Shown: positions 62,025 to 64,000 of the stretch, one piece after another
How positions within the stretch are numbered: position 1 is the first letter of the stretch
Layout of the letters: each line of letters opens with the position of its first letter
Source: an uncultured delta proteobacterium
GTDB lineage: Bacteria > Desulfobacterota > Binatia > UBA9968
Assembly: GCA_963804165.1 (NCBI GenBank)
Contig: CAWDPO010000045.1
Location: 64,001 to 128,000, forward strand
DNA: 64,000 nucleotides
Direction of reading: 5' to 3'
Program-made: the position numbers and the translations under genes
Notes under the pieces: model-generated
What the model was told of the DNA's origin: nothing
Seen by the model: the letters and a program-made list of their open reading frames with translations, nothing else
Databases searched by the model: none

Positions 62025-64000
62025 TAAGATCCTGCCTCCACGGTCAGGAGTGTACTTTCAGCCAGACGCAGTTCCAGCACGGCCTGAAGAAAGGCCAGGG
62101 AAGACTCCGCGCCCTGATTTTCATTCGGGCGGTCGGGATGCAAGCCATCTCGACAACCTCCCGTCGTCGGATCGTAGATAGGAAGGTTAAGATCGTTGCG
62201 GCCGAGGAACCAGTCGAAAGCCATCCGCGCTTCCTTGTACCAGTTCTTGTCGCCCGTAATCCGATGCGCTTCGAGGCAGGCGGAAACCATCGCTTGGGCC
62301 TCCACCGGTTGCTGATCGAAGCGAGCTCGTTTACCGCCGCGCTGATAAAAACCGTTGGAGCCGATCGGCACAAAATGACCGCCGTTTGTCTTGTCTCGCT
62401 GAAGATCAGCGAGCCACGCGAGGGACTCGAGCGCGGCGTCATTCATGGTCCTGTTCGGTATCGATTGGCCGCACATCAGAAAAGCGTGGGGCAGCGCTGC
62501 GTTGCAGTAACTCAGACTTTCTTCAAACCAGCGCCATTCATCCGAGCGATTCGCTTGATACAACGTGAGCAGCCGCCCAGCCAGTTCCTCGCGCACCTGA
62601 CTTGCCCGGCGGTCGCCGTCGTAACGGCGCAGATATTCGTGAATGCCGATCAGTGCGAAGGCCCAGGCCCGAGGACTGGTGGTCGTGAGAATTGCGGGCA
62701 GTGCCTGCTCAAACAGCCGTCCCGCCATGCTCTGGAGCCCGGGTGTGTTAGAGCGTCCCAACAGTGTGCCCAACGCCCACAGGGTGCGGCCGTGGCTGTC
62801 GTCTGAACCGCTCGCCTCCAACCAATTGCGCTGGTAATCCATAAAATTGCGGAAGCGTTTGGTCTCGCCGTTGAAGGCGTAGCAGATGAAAGCGAGATAG
62901 CGCGAGACGGTCTCGGACGCTTCGGAGTGGCCCAATTCATCCGCTAAGACACTTACCATCAGGGCCCTGGCGTTATCGTCGACGGTGTAACCTTCGCGAT
63001 AGTTGGGCAAAGTAAAAAGCGCGTGCTGCAACATGCCGGTATCGTCGGTCATGCGCCGCAAGTGATCCAGTTTGAGCGGCGGCAGTTCCGCCGGCCGCTT
63101 GTCGAGCGGCTTCACCGCGAAAACACTTGGCGTGAAATTGCGTTTCTCGGCTCTGGCCCGAGCAAAACTCTCCATGTAACGGCGGGCGACGTGCGGCCAG
63201 ATCATCTCCCGTCCGAACATATAAGCGCGCTTGCGCATGGCGTGGCGCTTGGCCTCGTTGTCCAATAGGTCAATGACTTGCGCGGCCAAAGCCGGAGGAT
63301 CGCGGAACGGCACCAGCGCGCCGCGTTCGTCAGCGAGCATTTCTTCAGCGTACCAATAGGGCGTCGAAATCACCGCTTTGCCCGCCCCCAGAGTATATGC
63401 CAGCGTGCCCGACACAATCTGCGCTTGGTTCTGATAGGGGGTAATATAGATATCGGCCGCGCCGATGAATTCGACGAGTTCCTCCAATGTGACAAACTGG
63501 TTGTAAAAAATGACTTGGCCTTCGACGCCTTTTGCTTGCGCGAGCCGTTGCAAAGAGAGCCGATAGGTTTCACCGTCGTGCTGCTTGACGTGCGGATGGG
63601 TTGCGCCGACGATGAAGTACACCACGTTCGGATGCTTGGCGAGAATCGCCGGCAGAGCCGCGATGACATTTTCGATGCCTTTGTTCGCTGACAATAAACC
63701 GAAACTAAGTAAAACGATTTTGCCTTCGACGCCGAACAGATCCTTGTGAAACCCCGGGTCAACGAAAGGCAGATCGGGAATACCGTGCGGTATCATGTCA
63801 ATCTTCGCGGTCGGCACGCGATAGATCTCGTGCAAGAATTTTGCGCCGCGTTCGCTCATGACGACCAAGCGATCCGACAGCGCAGCCACTTCTTCCAAAA
63901 CCCGGCGCTCATGGGCATCGGGCTCACGTAAAATAGTATGCAGGGTCGTGACGATGGGCATGCGCAATTCGCGCAGCAACGCCAAAATATGGCTGCCGGC
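62024..64000 (-). CDS. GT4 glycosyltransferase with C-terminal helical domain (5' partial)
   Basis: IPHG, KGIE, SGTLAY; C-terminal TDD.G.LQHA, DDNARAL, FDQQP.E, NQGAES; TAATG coupling to GH130. Confidence 0.88.
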   Translation of the reverse strand, partial: AGSHILALLRELRMPIVTTLHTILREPDAHERRVLEEVAALSDRLVVMSERGAKFLHEIYRVPTAKIDMIPHGIPDLPFVDPGFHKDLFGVEGKIVLLSFGLLSANKGIENVIAALPAILAKHPNVVYFIVGATHPHVKQHDGETYRLSLQRLAQAKGVEGQVIFYNQFVTLEELVEFIGAADIYITPYQNQAQIVSGTLAYTLGAGKAVISTPYWYAEEMLADERGALVPFRDPPALAAQVIDLLDNEAKRHAMRKRAYMFGREMIWPHVARRYMESFARARAEKRNFTPSVFAVKPLDKRPAELPPLKLDHLRRMTDDTGMLQHALFTLPNYREGYTVDDNARALMVSVLADELGHSEASETVSRYLAFICYAFNGETKRFRNFMDYQRNWLEASGSDDSHGRTLWALGTLLGRSNTPGLQSMAGRLFEQALPAILTTTSPRAWAFALIGIHEYLRRYDGDRRASQVREELAGRLLTLYQANRSDEWRWFEESLSYCNAALPHAFLMCGQSIPNRTMNDAALESLAWLADLQRDKTNGGHFVPIGSNGFYQRGGKRARFDQQPVEAQAMVSACLEAHRITGDKNWYKEARMAFDWFLGRNDLNLPIYDPTTGGCRDGLHPDRPNENQGAESSLAFLQAVLELRLAESTLLTVEAGS

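Overview
Bacterial window, GC-rich; gene style suggests a deltaproteobacterial-type soil lineage such as Binatia (inference only). Bases 1-2521 end a MacB/TolC-type efflux operon. The rest is a dense, mostly minus-strand block of general-stress/dormancy-type genes: CsbD x2, BON, YtxH, entericidin, DUF3309, DUF3185, dodecin, ferritin-like x2, SOD, Hsp20-Lon, FtsH, Anbu, CarD and GT4/GH130. It also holds signalling genes (two Crp/Fnr paralogs, an NtrC-family sigma54 two-component system, two PAS-GAF-GGDEF cyclases, a hybrid kinase), orphan Fe-S genes (sufB, nuoB, frameshifted nuoI, a ferredoxin), many microproteins and several pseudogenes. The main signal is non-coding, three repeated elements read directly from the sequence. 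(1) Eight sigma54 -24/-12 promoters, each with the same enhancer GTCGA-N5/6-TCGAC-CAAAN-GGTCG starting 84-87 bp from the -24 GG. (2) About 15 copies of the palindrome TGTCYAATATTRGACA, most followed 20-21 nt later by TAnnnT, i.e. Crp class II geometry. (3) About 7 copies of a conserved, apparently structured 5' leader with anti-SD switching potential. One sigma54 promoter faces the two-component operon itself and another faces a Crp paralog, suggesting a self-contained sigma54 -> Crp cascade reminiscent of Myxococcus MrpAB-MrpC. No rRNA, tRNA, CRISPR, integrase or transposase was recognised.
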